Part shown: one piece after another, positions 10,272 to 20,330 of the stretch
Layout: the number at the start of each line of letters is the position of its first letter
Position numbering within the stretch: position 1 is the first letter of the stretch
Origin: Candidatus Cryptobacteroides sp.
GTDB taxonomy: Bacteria > Bacteroidota > Bacteroidia > Bacteroidales > UBA932
Assembly: GCA_045224955.1 (NCBI GenBank)
Contig: JBGVAW010000051.1
Coordinates: forward strand, 1-48,742
Length of the DNA: 48,742 bases
Direction of reading: 5' to 3'
Made by a program: the position numbers and the translations under genes
The notes under the pieces: model-generated
What the model was told of the DNA's origin: nothing
What the model saw: only the letters and a program-made list of their open reading frames with translations
Database searches by the model: none

Positions 10272-10294
10272 AAGACCTCAGGCTTTTCTAAATA

Positions 10295-10331
10295 CAAATA
10301 TATTAAAATTAAGTTAGTATTTGTATTTTTG
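10295..10331. promoter_or_regulatory. Divergent -7 promoter elements
   Basis: TATATTTG on minus (10295-10302) and TATTTTTG on plus (10324-10331). Confidence 0.65.
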
Positions 10332-10351
10332 TGTTCAAATGATTTTAACGG

Positions 10352-13300
10352 ATGAGACGCGTTTTATTATCCATATTTCTTGCCGTCGCAGCCCTTACTC
10401 CTTTAAGGGCCCAGTTCTATCTGGCAGGCAACGACCCGGGTTCTCTTAAGTGGAAATACATTCAGACCCCCAACTATAAGTTAATCTATCCCCGCGGCAT
10501 AGATTCCCTGGCAAGGCGTTATGCCATAGAGTTGGAGACCGCCCGCCCCCTTGTGGGCCTCAGCGCAGGCTATCTTCCCGGCCAGACCTACTGCGGAAAG
10601 ACACAGGTAGTGCTTCATCCGTTCACAGGCACGTCAAACGGTTCCGTTGCCTGGGCTCCTATGAGAATGGACCTCTACACACTTCCGGAGGCATATTCCC
10701 CAGAGCCGATGCCCTGGATTAAAGAACTGGCCGTTCACGAAAACCGCCACGTTGCCCAGTTGCAGTTTGGCAACGACGGCCTGCTTAGAATTCCCTCCAT
10801 CATTACCGGCGAGGCGGCAACCGGTCTTTTTGCCGGCCTCTTCCCAAGCACCTGGATGCTGGAAGGCGACGCAGTAGTGGCAGAGACGGCCCTTTCCCGC
10901 TTTGGCCGCGGCAGACACGCAGACTTCCTGGCCTACTATATGATGGCCTTCGACAAGGGGGATATGCGCTCCTGGGAGCAGTGGAGATGGGGCTCATACA
11001 AAAGATACGCTCCCAATCACTATGCCCTTGGCTACCTTACGATTGCAGGCGCAAGATATCTTTACAACGACGCCCTTTTTACCCAGGACTACCTTAAGCT
11101 GGCGGCTCATCATCCGTTCAAGTGCTCAAAAGTAAGAAAGTGGTTCAAGGACCATAGCGGCAAGGGATTTGACGCTTCCTTTAACGACGTTATGCTGGCC
11201 TTCAAGTCCGTCTGGGACAGGGAGCAGGAGGCCCGCGGCCCCTTTGACAGCCAGAACCTTACAGTGGAAAATCCGGCCTGGTACACTTCCTATTCCGGTA
11301 TTACACCGGACGGCAAGGGCGGGGTTTACGCGGTTAAAACCTCATTCACAGGAGCGGCGGAACTTGTAAGTATCGGCCACGGAGGCCGTGAAAAAACAAT
11401 CAGGCCCTTCGCTTCCAATACCAGCGCCCTGGCTACGGAGGCCGATGGTTCCATCCTTTGGACCGAGTCTATCCCCGACAGGCGATGGAGCCTGGCAGCC
11501 GATTCCCGCCTGCAAAGGCTGGAGGGTGGGAAAATCACCGACCTTTCAGGGGACAAAAGGTATTTTAACCCGGCGATAGGGCCGTCTGGGGTTATTTCGG
11601 TCACTGAATATCCTACTGAGGGCGGCAGCGCCATTGTCAGCCTTGGCAAAAACGGCGAGTTGCTTGGCCGCATCGCCTCCCCGGACGGAATCCAATTCGT
11701 AGAGACAGCCTGGGTGGAGGAGCGGCTGGCAGTAAGCTATATCGGCCCCGGGGGCTTCGGCCTGTCATTTTTAAGGGCCGATGGTGCCGTGGACGACGTC
11801 CTGCTGCCGCAGCAACCCGTAAGCATCAACCACCTTAAAAACACTGGGGACTGCCTGTATTTCATAAGCGACAGGGATGGGGTCTCCCAGGTTTATAGTT
11901 TTGGGGCCGATGGTGCCCTGACCCGGGTTACAAATGTCCGCTACGGAGTTACGGATTTTGCCATAAGCGGTGGGGTTCTTTACTACGCAGCCCGCTATCC
12001 CAACGGAAACCTTATCTGTTCTGAGACCCTGGAAAACCTGCCCGGAAAGGCCTCGGCCGTTGATTCCTATCATAGTTATGCCATTGCCGACACCCTGTCT
12101 TCCCAGGAGAGAAAGCTGGCTGAAGCCAAGGGGCTCGCGGCTTTGGACGATGCCGCCTGGGACGGGGAGATTTCCCAGCCGCGGGGCTATAGCAAACTAC
12201 TCAATGCAATCAGGATTCACTCCTGGGTGCCGATAAGCGTGGATTATGAGGCTGTGTCCGATCTTTCCAGCGACGAGTCCCTGGATAACCTGCGGCTCGG
12301 TGCCACCGTATTGTTTCAGAATACCCTTGGCACCCTGTCAGGAATGGCGTCTTACGCTTACGATACTGACCGTAAAGGGTTCGAGGGCAAAAAGCGCCAT
12401 CATTCCTTCCACGTTGATTTTACCTATACCGGGCTTTATCCTGTCTTTGAACTTTCCGCAGATTTGGGCGAAAGGGACTCCTATCAGTACTATAGGGCCA
12501 TTGTCAAAGCCCCGCAAATCAATATGGAGAGGGTACTGGCCACTTACATAGACCAGCCTCACATCAACGTGGAGTTAAGATCCTATATTCCATTTAATTT
12601 CTCGCGTAACGGATGGAACAGAGGCCTTATCCCTCAGGTTAAGTTCACCGCCACCAACGACCGCTATCTTAAGGGAGCTGCCATAATTGACGCAGGCAGC
12701 GGTAAGAGCACGGATGTGCTCGATATCAGTTACGAGGAGGGCAGCAATGTGCTTGTACAGTCTTTGAACGCCTCTGTCCGCGGATATATTATGAGGCCCG
12801 TGGCCCATTCGCAGGTATATCCTTCCGTAGGAATTGGCGCCGAGGTTGGCTATCATACAAGACTTTCCCTGGCTGACCTATACTCCCCTTCTGCCTACGG
12901 TTATGTTTACGGGTATCTGCCCGGCCTCAGGAAAGAACAGGGGCTGAAACTCACTGCTCTGGCACAGGTTCAGTTCGATGCCCTGCACGCAGAAAACGGT
13001 GTAAAATCCCGCCCCCGCGGCCTTAATTCAGACGATATCAACTCTTTCCTGTCCCTCTACGCCAAGAGGCAGCTGCGTCTTACGGCGGACTATGCCATTC
13101 CTTTCTGGCTCGGGGACATAAAAACCTTCAGCCCCCTGGCTTATATAAAGAATTTCGTATTTACCCCGCACGCAGACTATACAGCCTTCCGTTACGGGAA
13201 CGGACTTTCCGGGAACGGTGCGCTTTACAGCGTGGGAGCGGACCTCACGGCCTGCCTTGCCAATCTGCTGTGGTTCCCCTACGATTGTCAGGTTGGCCTG

Positions 13301-13402
13301 TCCTTTAACTACAACGGCGGCAAATCCTGGGACATTATGAAAGAAGGAGGCCTTTCTCCTGAAAGAACCTCCCTGTCTCTTGTATTTAAAACCAGTCTTT
13401 AA
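10352..13402 (+). CDS. Large secreted/outer-membrane protein: N-terminal HExxH zinc-metallopeptidase-like domain, beta-propeller-like middle, putative C-terminal beta-barrel
   Basis: Signal peptide (..LRA|Q); AVHENRHVAQ followed by WMLEGDAVVAET (gluzincin-type third ligand); repeated beta-rich blades; alternating aromatic/hydrophobic strands in the last ~400 aa. Confidence 0.6.
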   Translation: MRRVLLSIFLAVAALTPLRAQFYLAGNDPGSLKWKYIQTPNYKLIYPRGIDSLARRYAIELETARPLVGLSAGYLPGQTYCGKTQVVLHPFTGTSNGSVAWAPMRMDLYTLPEAYSPEPMPWIKELAVHENRHVAQLQFGNDGLLRIPSIITGEAATGLFAGLFPSTWMLEGDAVVAETALSRFGRGRHADFLAYYMMAFDKGDMRSWEQWRWGSYKRYAPNHYALGYLTIAGARYLYNDALFTQDYLKLAAHHPFKCSKVRKWFKDHSGKGFDASFNDVMLAFKSVWDREQEARGPFDSQNLTVENPAWYTSYSGITPDGKGGVYAVKTSFTGAAELVSIGHGGREKTIRPFASNTSALATEADGSILWTESIPDRRWSLAADSRLQRLEGGKITDLSGDKRYFNPAIGPSGVISVTEYPTEGGSAIVSLGKNGELLGRIASPDGIQFVETAWVEERLAVSYIGPGGFGLSFLRADGAVDDVLLPQQPVSINHLKNTGDCLYFISDRDGVSQVYSFGADGALTRVTNVRYGVTDFAISGGVLYYAARYPNGNLICSETLENLPGKASAVDSYHSYAIADTLSSQERKLAEAKGLAALDDAAWDGEISQPRGYSKLLNAIRIHSWVPISVDYEAVSDLSSDESLDNLRLGATVLFQNTLGTLSGMASYAYDTDRKGFEGKKRHHSFHVDFTYTGLYPVFELSADLGERDSYQYYRAIVKAPQINMERVLATYIDQPHINVELRSYIPFNFSRNGWNRGLIPQVKFTATNDRYLKGAAIIDAGSGKSTDVLDISYEEGSNVLVQSLNASVRGYIMRPVAHSQVYPSVGIGAEVGYHTRLSLADLYSPSAYGYVYGYLPGLRKEQGLKLTALAQVQFDALHAENGVKSRPRGLNSDDINSFLSLYAKRQLRLTADYAIPFWLGDIKTFSPLAYIKNFVFTPHADYTAFRYGNGLSGNGALYSVGADLTACLANLLWFPYDCQVGLSFNYNGGKSWDIMKEGGLSPERTSLSLVFKTSL

Positions 13403-13414
13403 AGCCTGGGCGGG

Positions 13415-14518
13415 TCACACGTTAAAGAGGAAGTGCATTATGTCACCGTCCTGAACGGTGTAGTCCTTGCCCTCGGTAGACAGTTTTCCTGCCGCGCGGC
13501 AGGCGGCCTCTGACTTAAGCTCTACAAAGTCCTGATATTTGATAACCTCTGCACGGATAAAGCCACGCTCGAAATCTGTGTGGATGGTTCCTGCTGCCCT
13601 GGGAGCCTTGTCTCCCTTGCGGATTGTCCAGGCCCTGCACTCGTCGGCTCCGGCGGTAAAGAAGGTCTGGAGACCCAGAAGCCTGTAAGCACCCTGGATA
13701 AGACGGGTTACACCGGACTCCTCAAGGCCAAGGTCGTCAAGGAAAAGCTTGCGCTCTTCGTAATCCTCTATCTCTGCGATATCGGACTCTGTCTTTGCCG
13801 CAATGACCAGAATCTCTGCATTCTCGTCCTTGGTTGCCTGGCGAACAGCCTCTACATAGGCATTGCCCTTGGCTGCGGAGGCCTCATCTACATTGCAGAC
13901 ATACATAACCCTCTTGTTGGTCAGAAGATAAAGGTCTTTGGCCATAGCAGCTTCGTCGTCGTTAAGAAGCTCAACGCTGCGGCAGTTCTTACCCTGCATA
14001 AGGGCCTCTTTGTAGCGCTCCAGCAGCTCCATAAGCTTGCGGGCCTCTTTATCAGCGCCAATCTTGGCCTGCTTCTGCACCTTGGCCAGGCGTGCCTCAA
14101 CGGTCTCGAGGTCCTTAAGCTGAAGCTCAACGTCCACAACCTCCTTGTCGCGTACCGGATCTACTGAACCATCTACGTGTACGATGTTATTGTCGTCGAA
14201 GCAACGCAGCACGTGAAGGATGGCATCGGTCTCACGGATATTGGCCAGGAACTGGTTGCCAAGACCCTCGCCCTTGCTTGCACCCTTTACAAGACCGGCT
14301 ATATCCACGATATCCACGGTTGCCGGGATGGTCCTTTGCGGCTTGCATATATCGGAAAGAACCTCCAGCCTCTTGTCCGGCACGTTCGTGGAGCCAAGGT
14401 TAGGCTCTATCGTACAGAAGGGAAAATTTGCGCTCTGGGCCTTACCCGAGCTTATACAGTTGAAAAGTGTGGATTTGCCTACATTGGGAAGCCCCACTAT
14501 TCCGCATTTCAAAGACAT
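13415..14518 (-). CDS. ychF: Redox-regulated ATPase YchF
   Basis: [61 protein letters not shown]. Start at ATG 14518. Confidence 0.97.
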   Translation of the reverse strand: MSLKCGIVGLPNVGKSTLFNCISSGKAQSANFPFCTIEPNLGSTNVPDKRLEVLSDICKPQRTIPATVDIVDIAGLVKGASKGEGLGNQFLANIRETDAILHVLRCFDDNNIVHVDGSVDPVRDKEVVDVELQLKDLETVEARLAKVQKQAKIGADKEARKLMELLERYKEALMQGKNCRSVELLNDDEAAMAKDLYLLTNKRVMYVCNVDEASAAKGNAYVEAVRQATKDENAEILVIAAKTESDIAEIEDYEERKLFLDDLGLEESGVTRLIQGAYRLLGLQTFFTAGADECRAWTIRKGDKAPRAAGTIHTDFERGFIRAEVIKYQDFVELKSEAACRAAGKLSTEGKDYTVQDGDIMHFLFNV

Positions 14519-14568
14519 AAAAAATAAAGATTTATAAATTTTAAGCTCATTTCTGAGCAATTGCTCTG

Positions 14569-14576
14569 CAAAAATA
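14569..14576 (-). promoter_or_regulatory. -7 promoter element of ychF
   Basis: TATTTTTG on the minus strand about 50 nt upstream of the start. Confidence 0.55.
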
Positions 14577-14631
14577 AAAATTATACAAATCTTATCCTAT
14601 TTGTTAAGGCAAATATCCATATTGCAACCCT

Positions 14632-15594
14632 ATGATACGGTATAAAATTTTTGTTTTAGGGTTGATGGTGACGCTTTTCTTCCCCTTTGCCGCCAAGGCC
14701 CAGTGCGACACTCTGCGGGTAATGTTCTGGAACGTAGAGAACTTCCTTAATCCCTTTACCTCCGGCGCAGACAGGCACTGGACCTACACGCGGTTCAAGA
14801 AAAAATGCGAGGACATTGCCAAGACCATATTCTGGTGCGCCGAAGCCCAGGGCGGCCTTTCGGATGCCATTGGCCTGGCAGAGGTAGAAGACGGTTTTGT
14901 GCTGGGCTGCCTTTTAAAATACACCGCCCTTGAAAAGGCCGGCTACGGCATCATCCACTTTGATTCCAGGGACCATAGGGGAATAGACGTGGCCCTGCTT
15001 TACAGAAAATCATCCCTGAGGCTTGAGCAGGCCCGTCCGGTCCCGATATTGTCAGAAGGAGGAGACACCATCGACACAAGGGATATTCTGGTTGCCGAAT
15101 TTTCCCTTGCCGGAGGGGCGATGGTTACCCTTTGCGTCAATCATCATCCCTCCAAATACAGGGGCGCAAAGGAGAGCGCGCCCCTTAGGCGCGCGGCAAT
15201 GAAGACGCTGGAGGCTGTGGCCTTGGAGCCCCGGAACCCTGAGGCGGTTTTCATTGCTATGGGGGATTTTAACGACACTCCCGGGGATACTCTGTTCACG
15301 GCCTTCCGGAAAAACACTGGCCTTATAAACCTTGCCTCACCCCTTGCCGGTGAAGGGAAAGGAACCATACGCTACCAGGGACGATGGGAAATGATAGATA
15401 TGTTCTTTGTTCCACCCGACGCCCAAATGCAGGAAGCGGCCCGGATGCAGATTCAGAAGCCGCCGTTTCTTATGGAAAGGGATAACGTGCACTCCGGGGA
15501 AAAGCCTTTCAGAACCTACGCAGGGCCACGCTATGCGGGAGGAGTTTCCGACCATCTGCCGATTTTTCTTGTTTGCTACTTAAAAAGTTACTAA
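14632..15594 (+). CDS. Secreted endonuclease/exonuclease/phosphatase (EEP) family protein
   Basis: Signal peptide; FWNVENF, GLAEVE, RGIDVALLY, NHHPS, MGDFND, GVSDHLPI. Confidence 0.9.
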   Translation: MIRYKIFVLGLMVTLFFPFAAKAQCDTLRVMFWNVENFLNPFTSGADRHWTYTRFKKKCEDIAKTIFWCAEAQGGLSDAIGLAEVEDGFVLGCLLKYTALEKAGYGIIHFDSRDHRGIDVALLYRKSSLRLEQARPVPILSEGGDTIDTRDILVAEFSLAGGAMVTLCVNHHPSKYRGAKESAPLRRAAMKTLEAVALEPRNPEAVFIAMGDFNDTPGDTLFTAFRKNTGLINLASPLAGEGKGTIRYQGRWEMIDMFFVPPDAQMQEAARMQIQKPPFLMERDNVHSGEKPFRTYAGPRYAGGVSDHLPIFLVCYLKSY

Positions 15595-15640
15595 ATTTAC
15601 GAACTGCACAAGGCAAAAGAAAACTAAAAATACCAAAGAT

Positions 15641-16786
15641 ATGAAACAGAAAATCCAGGAAAAATTCAAGTCTCTTTTTGGAGAAGGCGGTAATTTGTTT
15701 GCATCTGCCGGCCGAATCAACATCATCGGCGAGCATACAGACTATAACGGTGGATATGTATTCCCCGGAGCTATAGACTGCGGCATTATGGCCCAGATTA
15801 AACTCAACGGCACAGACAAAGTAAGGGCGTTCTCTCTTGATTACAACGAGCTTGCAGAGTTCGGCCTCAAAGAAGAAGATGTTCCCGCACAGGCCTGGGC
15901 AAGATATATCTTTGGCGTTTGCCGCGAGACCATCAAACGCGGCGGCAAAGTTGAGGGATTCGACACCGTATTTGCAGGCGATGTTCCGCTTGGAGCAGGA
16001 CTCAGCTCTTCGGCTGCTCTTGAGAGCACCTTTGCAAATGCCATAAACGAGCTTATGCACAACGGCATTGACAAGTTCGAGCTTGCAAGGATTGGCCAGA
16101 GCACAGAGCACAACTACTGCGGAGTAAAATGCGGCATTATGGACCAGTTCGCCTCTATTTTTGGAAAGAAAGGCAGCCTTATCCGCCTCAACTGCAAGAC
16201 AATGGAGTACAAGTACTATCCCTTCAACCCTCAGGGTTACAAGCTGGTTCTTCTGGACTCCTGCGTAAAACACGAACTTGCATCATCGGCCTACAACAAA
16301 CGCCGCGAGTCCTGCGAGAACGCTGCCGCAGCTATACGTAAGTATCACCCGGAGGTAGAAACCCTAAGCGATGCCAAGAGGCAGTGGCTGGAGGAAGTCC
16401 GCACAGAAATCCCCGAAGAGGACTTTATGAGGGCAGAATACGTAATTGGAGAGGTTCAGCGCGTGCTTGATGTCTGCGACGCCCTTGAGCGCGGAGACTA
16501 CGAGACCGTTGGAGAAATGATGTATCAGACCCACTTTGGCCTTAGCCGTCTGTACGAGGTTAGCTGCGAGGAGCTTGATTTCCTTAACAAACTGGCCCGC
16601 AAGATGGACGTTACAGGCTCCAGGGTTATGGGCGGCGGCTTTGGCGGCTGCACAATAAACCTGGTTAAGAACGAGCTTTACGACCAGTTCATCGCCACGG
16701 CAAAAGAGCAGTTCAAAGCCAAGTTCGGCCACGAGCCCAAGGTTTACGACGTGGTTATTAGTGACGGAGCACGCTGCGTAGAATAA
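15641..16786 (+). CDS. galK: Galactokinase
   Basis: GRINIIGEHTDYNGG, PLGAGLSSSAA, CGIMDQF, GSRVMGGGFGGC. Confidence 0.98.
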   Translation: MKQKIQEKFKSLFGEGGNLFASAGRINIIGEHTDYNGGYVFPGAIDCGIMAQIKLNGTDKVRAFSLDYNELAEFGLKEEDVPAQAWARYIFGVCRETIKRGGKVEGFDTVFAGDVPLGAGLSSSAALESTFANAINELMHNGIDKFELARIGQSTEHNYCGVKCGIMDQFASIFGKKGSLIRLNCKTMEYKYYPFNPQGYKLVLLDSCVKHELASSAYNKRRESCENAAAAIRKYHPEVETLSDAKRQWLEEVRTEIPEEDFMRAEYVIGEVQRVLDVCDALERGDYETVGEMMYQTHFGLSRLYEVSCEELDFLNKLARKMDVTGSRVMGGGFGGCTINLVKNELYDQFIATAKEQFKAKFGHEPKVYDVVISDGARCVE

Positions 16787-16787
16787 A

Positions 16788-17405
16788 ATGGCAGAAACAA
16801 GAACACAGAAAGCGGTTTGCCGTGAATGCGGCAAACCGTTTGACGTAGAACTCTTTCCCCTTCTGATAAACGTGGGAAGAGAGCCTTCGTACAAAGAAGA
16901 TATCAAGAACGGCTCGCTCTTTACCCGTGTCTGCCCCCATTGCGGAGCTGTCAATATGGTGCTGGCCCCGCTTCTATATCACGATCCCGACGCCAAAATC
17001 ATCATCTGGCTCAATCCTCAGGGCCCTGCACAAGGCCAGGATTTCACGGACAGTATGAAGGCCGATGACCTCAAGGGGTACACCCTTAGAAAGGTAGAGG
17101 ACGCCGGATCTCTCATAGAAAAGGTAAGGATTTTTGAGGCAGGCCTGGACGATGCCGCAATTGAGATGTGCAAGTTTGTTTCCGGTAAGGAACTTAATGC
17201 CAAAGGTCTAAGGTTCCGCGGCTTCGCCGGCGCAGACAACGAGATGGAATTCATCTTCCCGCGTAACGGCCAGATGAACAGCGTCAAGGTAGGCTTTAAC
17301 GTGTACGAGGACAGCCAGGCTATCTTGGCCCGCAACCCCTCCATAATCCCCGGAGAACTCTTCCCTAAAATAGACTCCAACTGGACCGATCAAGTCTTCG
17401 GATAG
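16788..17405 (+). CDS. CpXC-domain (zinc-ribbon) protein
   Basis: CREC ... GSLFTRVCPHCG ... LLYHDPD, then LIEKVRIFEAGLDDAAIEMCK, as in CpXC proteins. Confidence 0.75.
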   Translation: MAETRTQKAVCRECGKPFDVELFPLLINVGREPSYKEDIKNGSLFTRVCPHCGAVNMVLAPLLYHDPDAKIIIWLNPQGPAQGQDFTDSMKADDLKGYTLRKVEDAGSLIEKVRIFEAGLDDAAIEMCKFVSGKELNAKGLRFRGFAGADNEMEFIFPRNGQMNSVKVGFNVYEDSQAILARNPSIIPGELFPKIDSNWTDQVFG

Positions 17406-17490
17406 CCTGAAGGCAGGGGTACCATACCCTTCGAGAGGCGTGCCACCCTCGGCATCGTTAGAGAGGGAACCGCCAAAGAACAAAGACAAT

Positions 17491-17516
17491 AAAGGCGACC
17501 GTTATGGCCGCCTTTT
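17491..17516. terminator. Intrinsic terminator between convergent CpXC and ppiD genes
   Basis: AAAGGCGACC-GTTAT-GGCCGCCTTTT. The single mismatch is a G-U pair on the minus strand; A/T tails on both sides. Confidence 0.75.
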
Positions 17517-17537
17517 CTAGAAGTATTTGGATAAATC

Positions 17538-19616
17538 CTAGAAATATCTCTCTCTGTTATCCTTAACGTCTGCCTGCTGAACCATTACGGGAAGGATGCC
17601 CTGGCTTGCGTATGCAGCCTCCTGAGCGGCAGCATTCTTAGCGTCGTCCTCTGTGTAGAAGGCGCCTGTGTCGCGGGAAGTTACCTTGAATACATAAGTA
17701 CCGATGGCACCTGCAACAGGACCGGAAATCTTGCCAACCTCAGCAGCGCAGATAGCGCCGATGAAAGCATTGTCAAGGCCCTGGCCGCTACCTGTAGCGA
17801 AGGTAACGCCGCTGCGGGAGCTGATAGAAGTATTGAGTGCCTCTGCAATCTCCTCAAGAGTAGAAAGACCTGCAATCTTCTCTGCAACCTCTGCTCTCTT
17901 CTTCTCGCTGAGCTTCTTGAAGTAAAGCTGCTGACGAATAGTCTCTGCAACCTCTGCAAGTGTGGCTGTACCCTCTTTGTGGATACCATTTACAAGAGCA
18001 ACGATATGGAACTTATTGTCGATGGTAATAACGCTGGAAACCTTGCCAACCTTGTTGTCAAATGCCCAACGGGTAACCTCTTTTGCGTTCTCTACTGAAC
18101 CAAGACGGCTTACACCCTCTGTAAGTTTGTTGTAAGGATGTGAGTAAACACCAAGGGTATCAACAGCCTTGTGGTAAGCAGCAGCACCGTCGGCAGCGGC
18201 AACAGCAAAGTTGCTGGCCTTTGCATAGGACTCTGAACGGGTCTCCCTGCCAGGCTGAGCGGTCTTTGCAAAAATTGCAACCTGCTTCTTGGTAAGGGCC
18301 TTGGTTGTGCGTACAACCTCTACGATATGGGTGCCATACTGAGTCTTAACAATGTAAGGCTTGCCCTTTGCAACGGAGAAGATAGTCTTCTCGAAACCGG
18401 GGATAATGTAGCTCTGGGTTAACCAGCCAATGTTTCCTATTATACCGTCGGCTACAGACTCCTCATCTGCAGAATACTCCTGGGCAACATCCTCGAACTT
18501 AGCTTTCTTGGAAGCAACTACGGCAAGAAGGCTGTCTGCCTTAGCAGCGTTTGCTCCCTTGAGAAGGATGTGCTTTACATATACAGAGTCAGGAATCTGC
18601 TTGGAATCCATAATCCTGGCAGCATAGAAAGTGTTGCCGGAAGTAACTACGTCGGAGGTCTTGCCTACGGCAGCAGTCTTTACGAACTCGTCTATCTTGG
18701 TGTTTACGCTCCTGAGCTCGCCCTCTTTGTACCAGTGACCGTCATAGGAAACCTCGGAAGTAACCTTTGAGAGGAAACCCTTAACGTTGTCGGTAGAAGC
18801 AAACTCGTCATAAGAAGCGTTTACATAGTCGCTGGTAGCCTTGATGTCAGAGTTGGAAGGCTTAACCTCAAATACTACGTACTCTATGTCGCGGCTGGAC
18901 TGCTGCTGGAAAAGCTTCTTGTGACTGCTGTAGTATGCCTTGATTTCGTCGTCAGATACAACAACTGCAGTGTCACGGGTGTATCCGAAGGGAACCATTA
19001 CAAAGTCTACGTCGTTGGTAACGTTATTCTCCTCTATGCTCTTTGCAACCCTGAAAGGAGTTGCAACGGAAGCATTGTTGAACAGAGCTACGTACTTGCC
19101 GACATACTGCTGGTTGTAAATCATATTCTGGATATTGTCCCAGAAAAGACGAACCTGTGAGTTTGTCTTGGAAGCCTGTCCGATCTCAAGAACGTTGGCT
19201 ACGGAGAAATTGCCGTTCTCATCCTGGAATGCAGGGCTCTGGGCAATTATAGGAGAAATCATGTTGCCTGTCGTGAGGGCAACTTTCTCATCTACGCCAA
19301 GGTTGATACCTGCCTTCTTTGCATTTTTGATAAACAGGTCTTTGAGGAGGAACTCCTGCCAGGCTGCCTCTCTGAGCTGGATGCTCTGCTGCTCGGTAGG
19401 GCTTGCACCGCCAAGGTTCACTGCTGCGAGCCTGTCAACCTCATTCATAAACTCATCATAAGAAATAGTTTTTCCATCTATCTCGCCAACATTGTTTTTA
19501 GGCTGGAAGAAGGTATCGATATCGCTAGGGTCTACGATAAACAGCAAAAGACCCAGAGCAATGATAATAGAAGCTCCGATACCGAATTTTACGCGAATTT
19601 TTTCAAGAACCGCCAT
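17538..19616 (-). CDS. ppiD: PpiD-like peptidyl-prolyl isomerase with SurA N-terminal domain
   Basis: MAVLEKIR + TM anchor, VGEIDGKTISY, parvulin motifs KHILL, FEDVAQEYSAD, VKTQYGTHIV; ends VKDNRERYF. Confidence 0.85.
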   Translation of the reverse strand: MAVLEKIRVKFGIGASIIIALGLLLFIVDPSDIDTFFQPKNNVGEIDGKTISYDEFMNEVDRLAAVNLGGASPTEQQSIQLREAAWQEFLLKDLFIKNAKKAGINLGVDEKVALTTGNMISPIIAQSPAFQDENGNFSVANVLEIGQASKTNSQVRLFWDNIQNMIYNQQYVGKYVALFNNASVATPFRVAKSIEENNVTNDVDFVMVPFGYTRDTAVVVSDDEIKAYYSSHKKLFQQQSSRDIEYVVFEVKPSNSDIKATSDYVNASYDEFASTDNVKGFLSKVTSEVSYDGHWYKEGELRSVNTKIDEFVKTAAVGKTSDVVTSGNTFYAARIMDSKQIPDSVYVKHILLKGANAAKADSLLAVVASKKAKFEDVAQEYSADEESVADGIIGNIGWLTQSYIIPGFEKTIFSVAKGKPYIVKTQYGTHIVEVVRTTKALTKKQVAIFAKTAQPGRETRSESYAKASNFAVAAADGAAAYHKAVDTLGVYSHPYNKLTEGVSRLGSVENAKEVTRWAFDNKVGKVSSVITIDNKFHIVALVNGIHKEGTATLAEVAETIRQQLYFKKLSEKKRAEVAEKIAGLSTLEEIAEALNTSISSRSGVTFATGSGQGLDNAFIGAICAAEVGKISGPVAGAIGTYVFKVTSRDTGAFYTEDDAKNAAAQEAAYASQGILPVMVQQADVKDNRERYF

Positions 19617-19694
19617 TGTTTATATAATTTTTTTAGTTTTAACACATTTGGGGTGCGAAGATAGCAATTTTCCTTCAATTTCTATACAACAGAG

Positions 19695-20324
19695 CTATTT
19701 TTTAATCAAAGGGCCTATGAAATTGGCCGAATCTACAGCCACTTTCGTTGTATCCTGAACAACAATGAAATAGTTATTGAAAGGATGCAGGATTACGGCG
19801 TTGGCCGCCCTGTCGTCTGAACGCAGGCCATAACCCTGGATGAAACCGTCCGGGGAGTACAACCTTACGTAACAGTCATTGTATATTTCTCCAAGCTTCC
19901 TGTCCCAGTAAAGGGTATCTGTTTCGATGGTTTCTTTCTTAATCACATTACGCACTTTCACCCTGCCGAAAGCCATCCACTTCTCGCCGTCTCCCTTCTT
20001 GGCTTTCTCGTGGCGGGCCTTGTCTGCAAAAAGTTCAGACTCCAGAAGGCCCTCCGCCGTATAGGCAAACACTTCTATGCCCTTTGGGAAAAGCTCCAGC
20101 TCCATCGTATCCCTGTCGTACCTCTCCATTACCCCGGCCTTGATTCTCATCTGCAGAAGGCCATCTTTGGTCTGCAGCACGTACATATTGTCCACTACCT
20201 GATAAGGCACTTCCTTTATAGAAAGATTGTCGGCAGTGGACAGGGATGAGCTACAAGAAATAACAACGATTGCAACCGCGAAAACGGTTGCAATCATAAC
20301 TGCTATATTTTTTTCTCTTCGCAA
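19695..20324 (-). CDS. lptC: LPS export periplasmic protein LptC (Bacteroidota type)
   Basis: FPKGIEV, LFADKA, GRVKVRN, IETDTLYWD, GFIQGYGL motifs; syntenic position. Start codon uncertain. Confidence 0.8.
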   Translation of the reverse strand: MRREKNIAVMIATVFAVAIVVISCSSSLSTADNLSIKEVPYQVVDNMYVLQTKDGLLQMRIKAGVMERYDRDTMELELFPKGIEVFAYTAEGLLESELFADKARHEKAKKGDGEKWMAFGRVKVRNVIKKETIETDTLYWDRKLGEIYNDCYVRLYSPDGFIQGYGLRSDDRAANAVILHPFNNYFIVVQDTTKVAVDSANFIGPLIKK

Positions 20325-20330
20325 GTGACT

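Noticed and set aside
17208-17489. 93-aa minus-strand ORF over the CpXC 3' end and the GC-rich element
   Set aside because: Mostly antisense to CpXC, begins right after a terminator, no motifs.
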